Source: Carcharhinus amblyrhynchos
Taxonomy: Eukaryota
Assembly (NCBI GenBank): GCA_965287045.1
Contig: OZ336881.1
Coordinates: forward strand, 18,848,001 to 18,912,000
Direction: 5' to 3'
DNA length: 64,000 nucleotides
Positions within the stretch are counted from its first letter, which is position 1. Each line of letters starts with the position of its first letter. Made by a program: the position numbers and the translations under genes. This document shows positions 25,860-39,952 of this stretch, piece after piece. The notes under the pieces were generated by a model. It was not told where the DNA came from, made no database searches, and saw only the letters and a program-made list of their open reading frames with translations.

Positions 25860-28037
25860 GGATCCCTGTGTATGAATCTTTGGAAGGTGGATCTGCTGAG
25901 GAGCAGTGGAGGATCTTTAAGGAGATCTTTCTTGGTGCTCAGCAGAAATTTATTCCGATGGTTAAAAAGGACAGTAGGAAGAGAGGTAATAAGCCGTGGA
26001 TAACGAAGGAGGTGAAGGAAAGTGTTAAATTAAAAGCGGAGGAATTTAGAGTAGCTAAGAGCAGTGGGCGAGAAGAGGATTGGGAAAGGTTTAAATGTCA
26101 ACAAAGATTGACAAAGAAGTTGATAAAGGAGGGTAGGAGAAGCTATGAGGCTGGGCTAGCACTTAATATAAAAAAGGATAGCAAGAGTTTTTATAAATAT
26201 ATAAAAAGGAAGAGGCTGGCTAGGGTGAACGTTGATCCTTTAGAGAATGAGAAAGGGGAGCTAGTGGTAGGGGATGGGGATATGGCTAAGGTCTTGAATA
26301 ACTTTTTTGTTTCTGTCTTCACGGAAGAGGACGTGAATAATTTGCCGGGTGTTAGCGATGGAAAGGTGGTAGGAATGGAGGGTCTTAATGACATTACTGT
26401 TACTAGAGAGGTGGTGCTCGACAGACTGGAGGGGCTGATTGTGGACAAGTCCCCAGGACCGGATGGAATGCATCCGAGGGTTCTGAAAGAAATGGCGGAG
26501 GTGATAGTGGATGCCTTGGTGGTTATTTTCCAGACGTCGCTGGATTCCGGGGAAGTGCCGGAAGATTGGAAAACGGCTAATGTTACGCCGTTGTTTAAGA
26601 AGGGTGCCAGGCAAAAGGCGGGGAATTATAGGCCGGTTAGTTTAACGTCTGTGGTAGGTAAAATGTTAGAATCCGTCATTAAGGAGGAAATTGCGAGGCA
26701 TCTTGAAGGGAATTGCTTGATAGGGCGGACGCAACACGGTTTCATTAAAGGGAAGTCGTGTCTGACAAATTTACTGGAGTTCTATGAGGATGTGTCTAGG
26801 GCAGTGGATAGAGGAGAGCCGGTGGATGTGGTCTTTCTGGATTTTCAGAAGGCGTTTGACAAGGTACCTCACAAGAGGTTATTGCAGAAGGTCAGGGGAC
26901 ATGGAGTTGGGGGTAGGGTGTTAGCGTGGATAGAGGATTGGTTGTCAAATAGGAGGCAGAGAGTGGGGGTCAATGGGTGCTATTCGGATTGGCGGTTGGT
27001 GACTAGTGGGGTGCCCCAGGGGTCGGTGCTGGGGCCTCAGCTATTTACCATTTATATAGATGATCTGGAGGAGGGAACCGAGTGCAGGGTGTCGAAATTT
27101 GCTGATGACACCAAGACTGGGGGAAAGGCAAATTGTGCGGAGGGTGTGGAGAGTCTGCAGAAGGATCTAGATAGGCTGGGCGAATGGGCCAGGAAATGGC
27201 AAATGGAATTTAATGTTGGCAAGTGTGAGGTGGTCCACTTTGGTAGGAAGAATGGTAGGAAGGACTATTACTTACGTGGCGAAAAACTGCAGCAGGCGAC
27301 GGTGCAGAGGGACCTCGGGGTCCTTGTGCATGAGTCGCAAAAACCCAGCTTGCAGGTGCAGCAGGTGGTCAGGAAGGCGAATGGGATGCTGGCCTTCATA
27401 GCGAGGGGGATTGAATATAAAAGTAGGGAGGTCTTGCTGCAGCTGTATAGGGCATTGGTGAGGCCGCAGCTGGAGTACTGTGTGCAGTTTTGGGCGCCGC
27501 ACCTGCGCAAGGATATTTTGGCCCTGGAGGGAGTGCAGAGGAGGTTTACTAGGCTGATACCGGAGTTGAGGGGGTTGAGCTATGAGGAGAGGCTGAATAA
27601 ACTAGGCTTGTACTCGTTAGAGTTTAGAAGAATGAGTGGAGATCTCATTGAGACGTATAAGATGATGAATGGGATGGATAGGATAGAGGTGGAGAGACTC
27701 TTCCCGCTCAAAAAAGACAGTAGGACTAGGGGGCACAGCCTCAAGATAAAGGGGAGGCGGTTTAGAACGGAGTTGAGGAGGAACTTCTTCACTCAAAGGG
27801 TGGTGAATCTCTGGAATTCTCTGCCCGTTGAAGTGGTGGAGGCTGCCTCGCTAAATATTTTTAAGAAGCGGGTTGATGGGTTTTTGATAAGAGAGGGGAT
27901 TAAGGGTTATGGGGAGAGGGCGGGAAAGTGGAACTGAGCCACAACAGGTCAGCCATGATCTTATTGAATGGCGGGGCAGGCTCGAAGGGCTAGATGGCCT
28001 ACTCCTGCTCCTATTTCTTATGTTCTTATGTTTCTTA
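25860..28037 (+). mobile_element. CR1-clade LINE, 5'-truncated, open ORF2 (RT and C-terminus, 689 aa)
   Basis: KSPGPDG, NYRPVSLTS, DFQKAFDKVPH, GVPQGSVLGP, FADD, RGDLIE motifs; 3' UTR ending in (TTCTTATG)n. Confidence 0.96.
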
Positions 28038-28547
28038 ATATTTTGTATCTTTGCGCACTTCTCTAAACAAACTTTACTTCCTGTTGTCATGTTCTTGCCA
28101 TAATTCTAATATTTTATAAACTGTCATTTTTCTAATATAAATGTTTATGTTCAGGTGTATGGGCAACTGTTGATATGAACTTATCTTTCTAATTACATTT
28201 TTCCATCAGTGGTGATGCTATGGCATCTGGATTTGGATTGCCCAGCTGTTGATTACATCCTGCACAGAAACTCGTACAACCAGTTCTATTTTTTTGCTTC
28301 CCAAACAGTTCTAAATGTCTGTCTTGACTCCCAAGTGTGCAATACCACATAGGATAGATTAGATGGCAAAGGTAGATGCATAAAACTAAATTGCAAAAAT
28401 AGGATAGGAATGCATGTTTGAACTAGTTAAAAGTATGTTTGGACTGAAATGAGGAAGTCATTCATACATGTCACAAGGTCAGAACAGATGGGAGGGCTAT
28501 TTGGCCTATTTTTCTATTTTCATTTGTCCATCCAGACAAAATGAACG

Positions 28548-28975
28548 TCATCTCCTCTCCTCTCCTCTCCTCCCCCCCTCCATCTCCACTTCTCTCCTCC
28601 CCCCCTCCATCTCCTCTTCTCTCCTCCCCCCTCCATCTCCTCTTCTCTCCTCCCCCCTCCATCTCCTCTTCTCTCCTCTCCTCTCCAAATCCCCCTTTCC
28701 TTTTTGAGGAGCCGCCCCCTTTACTTTGTCCTAACGTAATTTGGGTTTGTTTACTTGGTTTGTCCGAAAAATACCTCCTCTCCGTCTCCTCCCCATCCCC
28801 GTCTCCTCCCCATCCCCGTCTCCTCCCCATCCCCGTCTCCTCCCCATCCCCGTCTCCTCCCCATCCCCGTCTCCTCCCCATCCCCGTCTCCTCCCCATCC
28901 CCGTCTCCTCCCCATCCCCGTCTCCTCCCCATCCCCGTCTCCTCCCCATCCCCGTCTCCTCCCCGCTCCTCTCAC
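28548..28975. repeat. Polypyrimidine minisatellites: approx. 26-mer (28548-28685) and 17-mer CTCCTCCCCATCCCCGT, about 10-11 copies (28777-28965)
   Basis: Directly visible tandem units. Confidence 0.93.
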
Positions 28976-29312
28976 CATCCCAGGCTATATTAAAACTTGA
29001 TGTGCCTTTCAATTAGCCAAGATTAATCTTAACTCTTAACCTGGTAAACAAAAATGAGAAATCCATTTGGCTCAGTTGTATTGCAGTGTGGTCTGACTTA
29101 CTGAGTTTTAATCTATTAAAATGCTAGCTTTGAAGCTCCCTTCCTTTGAACCTTTCTCCTGTTTTAACAATCTCATTGCCCTTTCTTGTATCTCCATCTA
29201 ACCAGTGTTTTGGTTAACACTATGTAATTTCAATAATTTATCAAAATTGTTTGATTATTTTTAATCGTTCTAATTGGTTTGTTCATGGTTCCTCACTCTC
29301 CTGAAGTCAATT

Positions 29313-31086
29313 ATAAGAACATAAGAAATAGGAGCAGGAGTAGGCCATCTAGCCCTTCGAGCCCGCCCCGCCATTCAATAAGATCATGGCTGATCTGTCG
29401 CGGCTCAGTTCCACCTTCCCGCCCTCTCCCCATAACCCTTAATCCCCTCTCTTATGAAAAACCCATCAACCCGCGTCTTAAAAATATTTAGCGAGGCAGC
29501 CTCCACCACTTCAACGGGCAGAGAATTCCAGAGATTCACCACCCTTTGAGTGAAGAAGTTCCTCCTCAACTCCGTTCTAAACCGCCCCCCCTTTATCTTG
29601 AGGCTGTGCCCCCTAGTCGTACTGTCTTTTTTGAGCGGGAAGAGTCTCTCCACCTCTATCCTATCCATCCCATTCATCATCTTATACGTCTCAATGAGAT
29701 CTCCCCTCATTCTTCTAAACTCTAACGAGTACAAGCCTAGTTTATTCAGCCTCTCCTCATAGCTCAACCCCCTCAACTCCGGTATCAGCCTAGTAAACCT
29801 CCTCTGCACTCCCTCCAAGGCCAAAATATCTTTGCGCAGGTGCGGTGCCCAAAACTGCACACGGTACTCCAGCTGCGGCCTCACCAATGCCCTATACAGC
29901 TGCAGCAAGACCTCCCTACTTTTATATTCAATCCCCCTCGCTATGAAGGCCAGCATCCCATTCGCCTTCCTGACCACCTGCTGCACCTGCAAGCTGGGTA
30001 TTTGCGACTCATGCACAAGGACCCCGAGGTCCCTCTGCACCGCCGCCTGCTGCAGTTTTTCGCCCCGTAAGTAATAGTCCTTCCTACCGTTATTCCTACC
30101 AAAGTGGACCACCTCACATTTGCCAACATTAACTTCCATTTGCCATTTCCTGGCCCATTCGCCCAGCCTATCTAGATCCTTCTGCAGACTCTCCACACCC
30201 TCCGCACAATTTGCCTTTCCCCCAATCTTGGTGTCATCAGCAAATTTCGACACCCTACACTCGGTTCCCTCCTCCAGATCATCTATATAAATGGTAAAAA
30301 GCTGAGGCCCCAGCACCGACCCCTGGGGCACTCCACTAGTCACCATCCGCCAATCTGAATAGCACCCGTTGACCCCCACTCTCTGCCTCCTATTTGACAA
30401 CCAATCCTTTATCCACGCTAACACCCTACCCCCAACTCCATGTCCCTCGACCTTCTGCAATAACCTCTTGTGAGGTACTTTGTCAAACGTCTTCTGAAAA
30501 TCTAGAAAGACCACATCCACCGGCTCTCCTCTATCCACCGCCCTAGACGCATCCTCATAGAACTCCAGTAAATTTGTCAGACACGACCTCCCTTTAATGA
30601 AACCGTGCTGCGTCTGCTCTATCAAGCAATTCCCTTCAAGATGCCTCACAATTTCCTCCTTAATGACAGATTCTAACATTTTACCTACCACAGACATTAA
30701 ACTAACCGGCCTATAATTCCCCGCCTTTTGCCTGGCACCCTTAAACAACGGCGTAACATTAGCCGTTTTCCAATCTTCCGGCACTTCCCCGGAATCCAGC
30801 GACGTCTGGAAAATAACCACCAAGGCATCCACTATCACCTCCGCCATTTCTTTCAGAACCCTCGGATGCATTCCATCCGGTCCTGGGGACTTGTCCACAA
30901 TCAGCCCCTCCAGTCTGTCGAGCACCGCCTCTCTAGTAACAGTAATGTCATTAAGACCCTCCAGTCCTACCACCTTTCCATCGCTAACACCCGGCAAATT
31001 ATTCACATCCTCCTCCGTGAAGACAGAAACAAAAAAGTTATTCAATACCTTAGCCATATCCCCATCCCCTACCACTAGGTCCCCTT
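29313..31086 (-). mobile_element. CR1-clade LINE, 5'-truncated, open ORF2 (556 aa), same subfamily, inverted
   Basis: ORF 29405-31075 nearly identical to the 25868-27937 protein; same 3' tail (cataagaa on plus). Confidence 0.96.
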
Positions 31087-33148
31087 ATTATCACTATCAT
31101 TTTATATTATTCACTGTTCACAGACTTAAATTTTTTTATGATTTATTACACAAAGGCAGAAAAATAGGTTAGAAGAATTATTAAACAAGAATTGTACCAT
31201 AAGCTCTGGAATAAGGAAAGTTAAAATCCCTTAAATCTGAATGCTGTGGGATGCAAGTTTAATACACTTTAATTAATGCTGTAACTTTTGAACAAAGATT
31301 GATAGTAAATATAGTTAATTACAAAACAAGTAATGAAAATTCAGGGTGAACAATGCAATTAACAGATTTAGGGTTGTATTTTTCAGTGAAAGAATTAGGC
31401 ACATAGCCTTCTGCCCTTTGTTTCTTTGGACTGTTTCTGATCTATTATTGTTTTATTTAATAGTTTGTTACAAAATTGACTGCACCAGCGCTTCAGATTA
31501 CCTTTTTTATTTTTTTTAAGGCAAAACGCTTCATTGCTGTATACCTGAAAGAAAAAAAACTGCTGGAAACATTCAACAGTGAACATCTGTGAAGCTAACA
31601 GACAAATTAACATTTCATTCATTGACACATTTCTGAAGAGTCTTCATTTGAACTGTTGACTGTTTCTTATTAGATGTTGCTCTGATGAATGTTTTCAGCA
31701 TTTTCTTTATTTTCATCTGGTTTAAATTTTCCACTCTGTAAAACTCTGCTGGCTATGTACTAACTCACACTAAGCCCTTTTCATCATTGCCCACTATGCT
31801 CACTGATCTACATTGGCTCCTGTTCTATGAATGCCTGTTTTTTCAAAAAATTTCATTCTCAAATCCCTCATCCTTCCTTGTTCCAGGGACATTCTTCTTA
31901 AATTCTGGTTCTTGCTTTCAAATCCTTCATCTTTATTCTCCTCCAGACCTACCACCTTTCAAGATACCTGCACGAGTGTGCTAATCTAATTCTGGTGTCC
32001 TGTACTTTTCTGATTTCATTGCTTCACCATTGGAAGTTGTGCCTTTAGCTACTGAGGCCCAAAGTTCTGGAATTCCCTCTTTTAACCTCTTGACCGCTCT
32101 AATTATCCCTCTCCTCTTTAAAACCTACCTCTGACTGAGTTTTTGATTATCTGCCCTAACATCCCCTATGTGACTGTCAAATTTTGTTTGATAATGCTAC
32201 AGTGAACTGTTTTGGGAAGTTTTGCATGTTAAAGGTATAAATGCAACTTGTTGCATATTAATAGTTCAGTGAGTTTATCCACAATATAGCTGAGTCACGC
32301 AGATCTGGAGATTCCTGGTCTGTAAAGTCAAAATTGGCAATATAGGGCTTAAATTGCCCCCAGAAGTGAGCAAAATCATCCATGTTTGTCTAATGCCAGT
32401 TGGAATCTAGTGACCTCTGCTGGCAATCTGGTTTTGGATTTAAAATACAGGCAGGATTGGGTTTGGTTGTGAATGTCTTTGCAAACAGTCTCACAAATCT
32501 GATCAGCATCTGACAGTAATGGTCACTTGGGGTGAACTTTAAGAGACCAATGAATGCTCACGGAGTTCAAACCCAGTAATGACAACTTGGAAAAGATTAG
32601 AAAACACTTTTCCCACATTATGATCTTATAGTTTTTTCACTCAATAGGGGTAGTGATTCAGCAGCCTAGTCTACACCTAACTGTACATATATATTTTCAT
32701 TGTCAAAGATTGTGCGTAATACAAGTTCACTGTTGATGTGAAATAAATTGACTTGAGAGACAGCATGCAAATGTAAAGAAATAGTATTGAAATATGATGT
32801 GTTAGAGTATGCGGTGTAAAAAGCTTAATATTAGAGCTGCAGTAGTGTAGTTGTTGCATCAGTGAACTAGTAATCCAGAGAAAATGAGTTCAGTTCCAAA
32901 CATGGTAATCTGAGAATTTAAAATGATGTATTTAAGGGAAAGACAGCTGGGAACATGTGTGAGAAAGGTTTGTGAAGCAGGGAACGTGGAGCAGAAACAT
33001 TGGCATAGATCATTTTGACCAAATGGCCTGTTCTGTGCTTGATTCAATTTATCTAATGTTATTGTTAGATTATGTGACATCTGGTTAAAATATGTAAAAT
33101 GTACGATAGCAACCTCTAGTTTATGCAAATTAAATTTACTTCTTGCAG

Positions 33149-33213
33149 GAGGATGGTATCAGACAAGTTCTTGAAGAGATGAAAGCTTTATATGAACAGA
33201 ACCAAATTGATGT
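33149..33213 (+). CDS. GINS1: GINS1 exon 2 (EDGIRQVLEEMKALYEQNQIDV)
   Basis: Acceptor ttcttgcag|, donor |gtaagt, 65 nt, in frame with exon 1. Confidence 0.97.
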
Positions 33214-35996
33214 GTAAGTTTTTTTCATGACTATTTCATGTGTTGGTTTCCCTGCTGGACAGTGGATTAATTTTCCAAATATAACATTGAGGATAATCCA
33301 TGAAAACTACAGTACAACTGGTTTTCAACAGCAGCTTCATGTTCCTGATGAACTAAAAGCTGTACCTTTCCAGAAATCTACCCTAGTTAAGTTTATGTGA
33401 CGTGAAATATTACCACTTAACCTGCAGTTTCAGTAAAAATGTTGGACTGACAAATTCCATGTGTAGAAGTGCACCCCAAATTGGCAGAATGTAAACCTAG
33501 ACCAGGGATTTCTTTGCAAGTGAAAGGAATGGCAGTGTCGTGAACAATAAGAGGTTAATAATCCTTTTCAATGTCTGAAAATGTGAAATTGTTTGTCTAC
33601 CTTTTAAATTAAGTCCTCAATAATACACAGCAATGTGCTTTCTCTTTCTCCAGGGCAGCATGGGGGCACAGCAGTTAGATTCCTGGCTTAGGTCACTGTT
33701 GGTGCAGTCTGCATGTTCTCCCTGTGTCTGCATGGGTTTCCTCCGGGTGCTCCAGTTTCCCCCCACACTCCGAAAGACTTGCTGGCTGGGTGCATTAGCC
33801 ATGCTAAATTCTCCCTCAATGTACCCAAATAGGTGCCAGAATATGGCGACTAGGGGATTTTCACATGAACGTCATTGCAGTGTTTAATGTAAGCCTATTG
33901 TGACACTGATAAATAAACTTTAAAGCAATAAACTTTCCAACGCAGAGAACCTGCCCCAATCACCTCTTTTCCTGATCTTTTCAGTGTCCTTTTTTTCAAT
34001 TAACCAGACAACAGGCAATCAAAATCATAGATCCAGACAGATCCATTCAATGATTTAATGCATGTGAAATTGTTAGTCTAATAGAAATTCACACGAACCA
34101 GCCAGCAGATTGGATTCTGTGAGAACCAAAGTCGACAATATTAAAATATTCATTTTTATTTTATGTATAAATACTCTGACGTGCAAAATTATTAGCCAGA
34201 GGTGACACAGATCTTCAGTGACCAAAGGGAATCTGCTTTACAGGGTGCAGCAAATTTGTGGCTTTGACATTAGCAGTATCACATTTGTTCTCAATACCAG
34301 AAAGTACTGTGACTTGAGTTTCTTATTCATTTAAATCTCGAGCATTTATAGTAGATTTATAAGATATCACTTTACCTACAAGATATTGATATGACCTGAA
34401 AGACTGCTGTCATGATCCAATCAATATTATTTCTCTAATTGGCTAAGCTTACATGTATGATTTTGAACTAAAATTTGGCCCCTAACTGTACGTAGGCCAG
34501 GATCTTGTGTAATTATGTATTCTGAACTGGGTTTCCAATTGTGTTTCATTGTTTATGTACATGAAACAAACAATTTATTTTTCGGGTGAGATCAAAATAT
34601 TTGGGTAACAAGGTAGAACTCAGTATCAACTTTCTCAATAAGTACTGTCATAGGGGACATTAAGTAAGCATTGTGACTGTTCCAACAGACTCTAGGAGTA
34701 GTTTTTTTTTAGCTATTTGTCTACGGGAGAAGTTAATGTTTTTGTCATAAAGGACTGGATGAGGTTGCTGAATGTATCCCAAAAGCATCAGTAAAAATGC
34801 TGGACTTCCTGAAATAAAAACAGAATTTGAATTGTTCTATCAGTGATTGATGATCCTTCCTTAGTAGCACGTAACTGTAGCTTGGCAAAATTTTTATATC
34901 CAAAATTTTCTTCAAGTTTGTACTCTGTAAAGTCTCTCAAATGGTTGAACTTCATTGCCTTTTAAAGGAGTAGTTCTGAAATTAATTCAAACAGTTATAT
35001 TGCTTAGTTCAAAAGCAATGCTTAATCCAGACAACATGGAGCTCCTTTTGGCTTAGTTCCACATCAGCTGAGGAGCAATCACAGCAATAAGTGACATTGC
35101 TAATAACATATTTAATTGCAGCCAAGGATTGTACTGAAACAGGCAAGTACATATTTCACTCTAACCTTCAGCTGCCACTGTCACTGAAGGGACCTTGATA
35201 GAACAATCATACCTATGACATGGCAAGCCTATAAACCGAACAGTGTTTTAATTTGCCAGAGACTCTTGAGCACTTGAAACACATCACTGAACCTGACTTT
35301 TATGATCTCTGTAGAGACAAGTAACTTTTAAAAATAAGTTCAAATTCCCAGTTATTCATGGAAAGAATTATGCCACGAGATTGTGTTTTAAACAAAAGAT
35401 TTTACTGTACACGATCTTTTGTAAGCGTTTGTGCTCTAAACTCAAATCTCAACAGATCGCAACCTGTTCTACTTCTAGTACCATGCAAGTGTATTGCTAT
35501 ATTTACACAAACTTGAGAGTTCTTTCAAATCTCCTGGGACCAAACCAATATATGCCACAGTTCTCAGGAATTCATTTGAATCATCTCCAGGTTCCTTTAT
35601 TTTGGGAGGGGGTCTTTATTTCTTGGGTCTTTCCATTAGAATCCAGCTTGGTGAACCCTCCAACACCTCATAGTTGTGGATTTCCCAGCATGAGAATGGG
35701 CTTTACTGCAAATTGGAAACGCTCCTGATTCCTAATAGCCCCACATTTCTTGGTCCACAGCACCTGGCAGATTCTCTCTGCTTACTCCAAACTGCTCTGG
35801 ACCCAAACTACAACTGCCTAACTCTGTGAGAAATCACCCAGATAAAATCAAAAACATACCTCCATGCAATCTATCCCCATGGCACTGTGGTATAGCTGGA
35901 AAACCGGAATAAAGATTTAAACCAATTATCCCCAGTTCCGAAACCTTCCTTTTGTTCTAGGAAACCATTCGAATGTTGAGACAGCTGTAGACATTT

Positions 35997-36745
35997 GGGC
36001 TGCAATTTTCCCATCCTGCCATGCTAATTTTTTTAGCGCAGCGGGCCAGGAGATTGTCAGGTCAGCCAGTTTGTGGGGTCTGCACGAACGTTGGCACCCT
36101 GCTTGTGTCTCCGAGCACCTGATTTCTCGTGGCATCTGCTCCGTGTTGGAAATTGGCCAGGAGGCACAAAGACCATTTACATGGTTATTTAAATATAATT
36201 TAAATACCATTAGTGGGCTGGGGACTGAAGTCTCCAGACCTACTAGCATCTCGCACCCTGCCAGAGTATTTCATTTCAGCAGGGATTAGTTCCCTACTTT
36301 CAGAAGTTAGTGGCCTGACCCTGCTTGATTTGGGGGGGGGGGGGGGGGGTGGAATATTGAGGCTCCCCCAGAGGGTTGGCTGGTGGGAGGAGTGCCCACT
36401 GGGCATTGGCACCCTGGCAGTGCCAACCTGTGCCCTTTGGGGCAATCAGTGGGGCTGGCGGGTCCGCTGCTACTCTGTATAGGGATCGATGGGGGAAGCA
36501 GGGAGGCAAATGATTGTGCAGCGGGGGATGTGCGAGTCAGGTGGGGGGTGATCAGCCTGCTTCAGGCAAGGGTGGTGGGGGAATATCGGGACTGGGCCAA
36601 GGACTAGTTGGGGCCAGTGACTGGGCCTTTGGCGGGTGGGGGTGATGTGGCTGGTGCAGGATGTGGGCGTCATGGGGCTGGCTAGCAATCGGGAGGCCAG
36701 CAGTGCGGGCCACTACACATAGATGCAAGGACTGATCGGGGACTG
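35997..36745. mobile_element. GC-rich Harbinger-like MITE fragment truncated by CR1
   Basis: Starts GGGCTGCAATTTTCC; shares tgcccactggg / ggcagtgccaa motifs with the 59.5-60.8 kb element. Confidence 0.45.
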
Positions 36746-37995
36746 TCAGCATGGCTTTGTGAGTGGAAAATCATGTCTCACAAATTTGATTGAGTTTTTG
36801 AAGGGATAACCAAGAAGGTAGACGAGGGCAGTGCAGTTGATGTTGTCTCCATGGACTTCAGCAAGACCTTTGACAAGATACCTCATGGTAGGTTGTTGCA
36901 TAAGGCCAAATCTCATGAGATCCAGGGTGAGGTATCTAAATGGATACAAAATTGGCTTCTTGACAAAAGCCAGAGGATGGTTGTAGAGGGTTGTTTTTCA
37001 AATTGGAGGCCTGGGCGATCAGCAGTGTGCCTCAGGGATCAATGCTGGGTCCACTGTTATTTGTCATTTATATCAAGGATTTGGATGAGAGTATAGGAGG
37101 CATGGTTACTAAGTTTGCAGATGACACCAAGATTTGTGGTGTAGTGGACAGTGAAGAAAGTTACCTCCGATTGCATTGGGATCTTGATCAATTGGGCCAG
37201 TGGGCTGGCAAATGGAGTTTAATTTAGACAAATGCAAGGTGATGCATTTTATTAGGTTGAACCAGGGCAGGAGTTACTCAGTTAATGATAGGACGTTGAG
37301 GAGTGTTACAGAACAAAGAGATCTAGAGTACTTGTTCATAGCTCCTTGGAAGTGAAGTCACAAGCAGACAGAGTGGTGAAGAAGGCTTTTGGCATGCTTG
37401 GTTTCATTGTTCAGAACATTGAATACAGGAGTTGAAATGTCTTGTTGAAGTTGTACAAGACATTGGTAAGGCCACACTTGGAATACTGTGTGCAGTTCTG
37501 GTCACACTATTATAGAAAGGATATTATTAAACTAGAAAGAGTGCAGGAAAGATTTACTAGGATGCTAACGGAACTTGATGGTTTGGGTTCTAAGGAGAGG
37601 CTGGATAGACTGGGACTTTTTTCTCTGGAGCATAAGAGGCTGAGGGGTGATCTTATAGAGGTCTTTAAAATAATAATGAGGGGCACCGTTAGTCAATACC
37701 TTTTCCCAAAAATAGGGAAGTCTAAAACTAGAGGGCATAGGTTTAAGATGAGAGATACAAAAGTGTCCAGACGAGCAATTTTTTCACGCAGAGAATGGTT
37801 AGTGCCCGGAACAAGCTGCTAGAGGTAGTAGTAGAGGCGAGCACAATGTTGTCTTTTAAAAAATATTTAGATAGTTACATAGGTAAGATGGGTATAGAGG
37901 GATATGGGCCAAATGCAGGCAACTGGGATTAGTTTAGGGTTAGTTGGGCCGAAGGGCCTGTCTCACTGCTGTGAACCTCTATAACTCCATGACTC
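36745..37995 (+). mobile_element. Degraded CR1 LINE
   Basis: DFSKTFDKIPH, VPQGSMLGP, KFADDTK, RPHLEYCVQFW in ORFs 36851-37822. Confidence 0.92.
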
Positions 37996-39853
37996 TAAGC
38001 TTCAAAGATCTATAGGCATGTATTCCAAAGTCCCTCTTTTGCTTTGTGTGTGTATCCTACCATTTATTGTGCATTCCACCTACCTGATTAATCCATTGAT
38101 ACCTTTGTATAATCTACAGTTTCCTTCTCCATCAAGAAGTTTGCAGAAGATACAAAAATGGCTATGTAGTTGATATACCTGTGCTACAATCAAGTCCAAG
38201 TCAGTGATATAGACTACAAAAAGCAAGAGATTTAGTACTGGCCTCTACAGAACTCCATTGGAAACACCTTTTTGGTCACAAAAAGGACTATCAAGCATTA
38301 GCCTTTGCTCAACCAACACAAAAACAGAAAATGCTGGAAAATCTCAGCAGGTCTGACAGCATCTATGGGGAGAGAATAAAGCCAATGTTTCGAGTCTGGA
38401 TGACCTTCCGTCAGAATTAAGACCTAAGAGATCAGCAGAGATTTATCCTATGGACATTTAAGATTTAAAGATGTGCGAGTTAGGTTGATTGGCCATGCTA
38501 AAATTGCCCCTTATTGTCCTGAGATGTGTAGGTTAGAGGGATTAGCAGGTAAATATGGAGGGATATGGGGTAGAGCTTGGGTGGGATTGTGGTTGGTGCA
38601 GACTCAATGGGCTAAACGAACTCTTTCTGAACTGCAGGGTTTCTATGATTCTATTTATCTGGATTGACACATGAACAGGTGGGGAATAGACGGATACAGG
38701 TAGTTGGTCTAGATAGGACAGTGTGATTGGCACAGACTTGGCGGGCCAAAGGGCTTGTTCCTGTGCTGTACTATTCCCTGTTCATAGTGCCTAGGCAATG
38801 GAAGGTGCAATGACCAATGGAATGCTTGAGACCACTGTTGGAGGAGCACCAATATCTCAGATTTACGGGCTGAAAGAGATTCCATAGGGATGCACTACTG
38901 TCTCGATGTTTCTAGCAGCCATAAATACAACATAGTCATTAACAAGTACAGTAAAGAATTTAGGAGAAACTTATTCACTCTGGAATGTGAAATTTGCTGC
39001 CACAAGGTACAGTTGAGGGTAACAGCTTATATCTCATTTCAAGGGAAGTTGGATTAGTACTTGAGGGTATATTAAATAGATGGATATGCAGATGGGATTG
39101 AATAGGGATTCTATGAATGAAGTAGCGTAGGAAGAGGTTGCTCTGGAGCTGAAACCCCTCCAAAGAGCAATTGGACCGAATTATCTATTTCTGTGCTTAT
39201 ATTCTACACAATTCTGAGATATTGAATATATGAAGTAAAGGCCTGCAATCCGTAGCACCATATTATACTGAATTTTATTTTCTTTAGTTTCTTTAAATAT
39301 GTGGGTCACTATTTACTCTCTCCTATAATTAACTTCTTATTGACCCTTCTATTGTTTATCTCACAGACAACTTGGCTATATGATCAGCTACTGGAAGCAA
39401 GGTGCTTTACTAGACATCATCTCTCATAGAAGCCTGGTCTTAAAGGGGCCATCACCCCAACATAAAATATTTTTCCCAAAAAGCATATAGACCATCGCAC
39501 TGGAATAGCAGGAGATGCTCAGTGTCCGTGGTCATATTGCCTGTGAGTGGCAGCATAGACACATAGATGGGGTGGGGAGAAGTGGCTACAAGGTAATATT
39601 TTTATTGAGAAACCAGTGATAGTTGTGAAGAATTTGGATATGGCAGTTTGACACCAGGTGATGGTCCCACTTTTTGCTTGGAGGTCTGAGTTCTGTGGTA
39701 CTTAATTTCCTTTTGATGCTTCCGTTTGAAGTAAACTTCTCTAAGTATATTCTGGAATACAGAATAATGACAATGTTTAATTGGCAAATGCTGAAAGGGC
39801 ATACAAGAATAGTAATGAAAAACAAGTCAGTGAAATATTTACTTTCTTTGCAG

Positions 39854-39952
39854 GAATGAAGCTAAGTCTGATGGAAGGACAGACCTAATCCCAACAATCA
39901 AGTTTCGTCACTGCTGTTTGCTGAGGAATAAGCGCTGTATTTTAGCATATCT
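39854..39952 (+). CDS. GINS1: GINS1 exon 3 ([33 protein letters not shown])
   Basis: Acceptor ctttgcag|, donor |gtatgt, 99 nt; contains the PSF1 RNKRC motif. Confidence 0.97.

Noticed and set aside
25868-27937. Domesticated or autonomous reverse transcriptase gene
   Set aside because: 5'-truncated (no endonuclease or ORF1), ends in a normal CR1 tail, and has near-identical sibling copies.
28468-29016. Several 75-153 aa Pro/Ser- or Gly/Arg-rich ORFs, or a CRISPR-like array
   Set aside because: Translations of a spacer-less 17-bp minisatellite.
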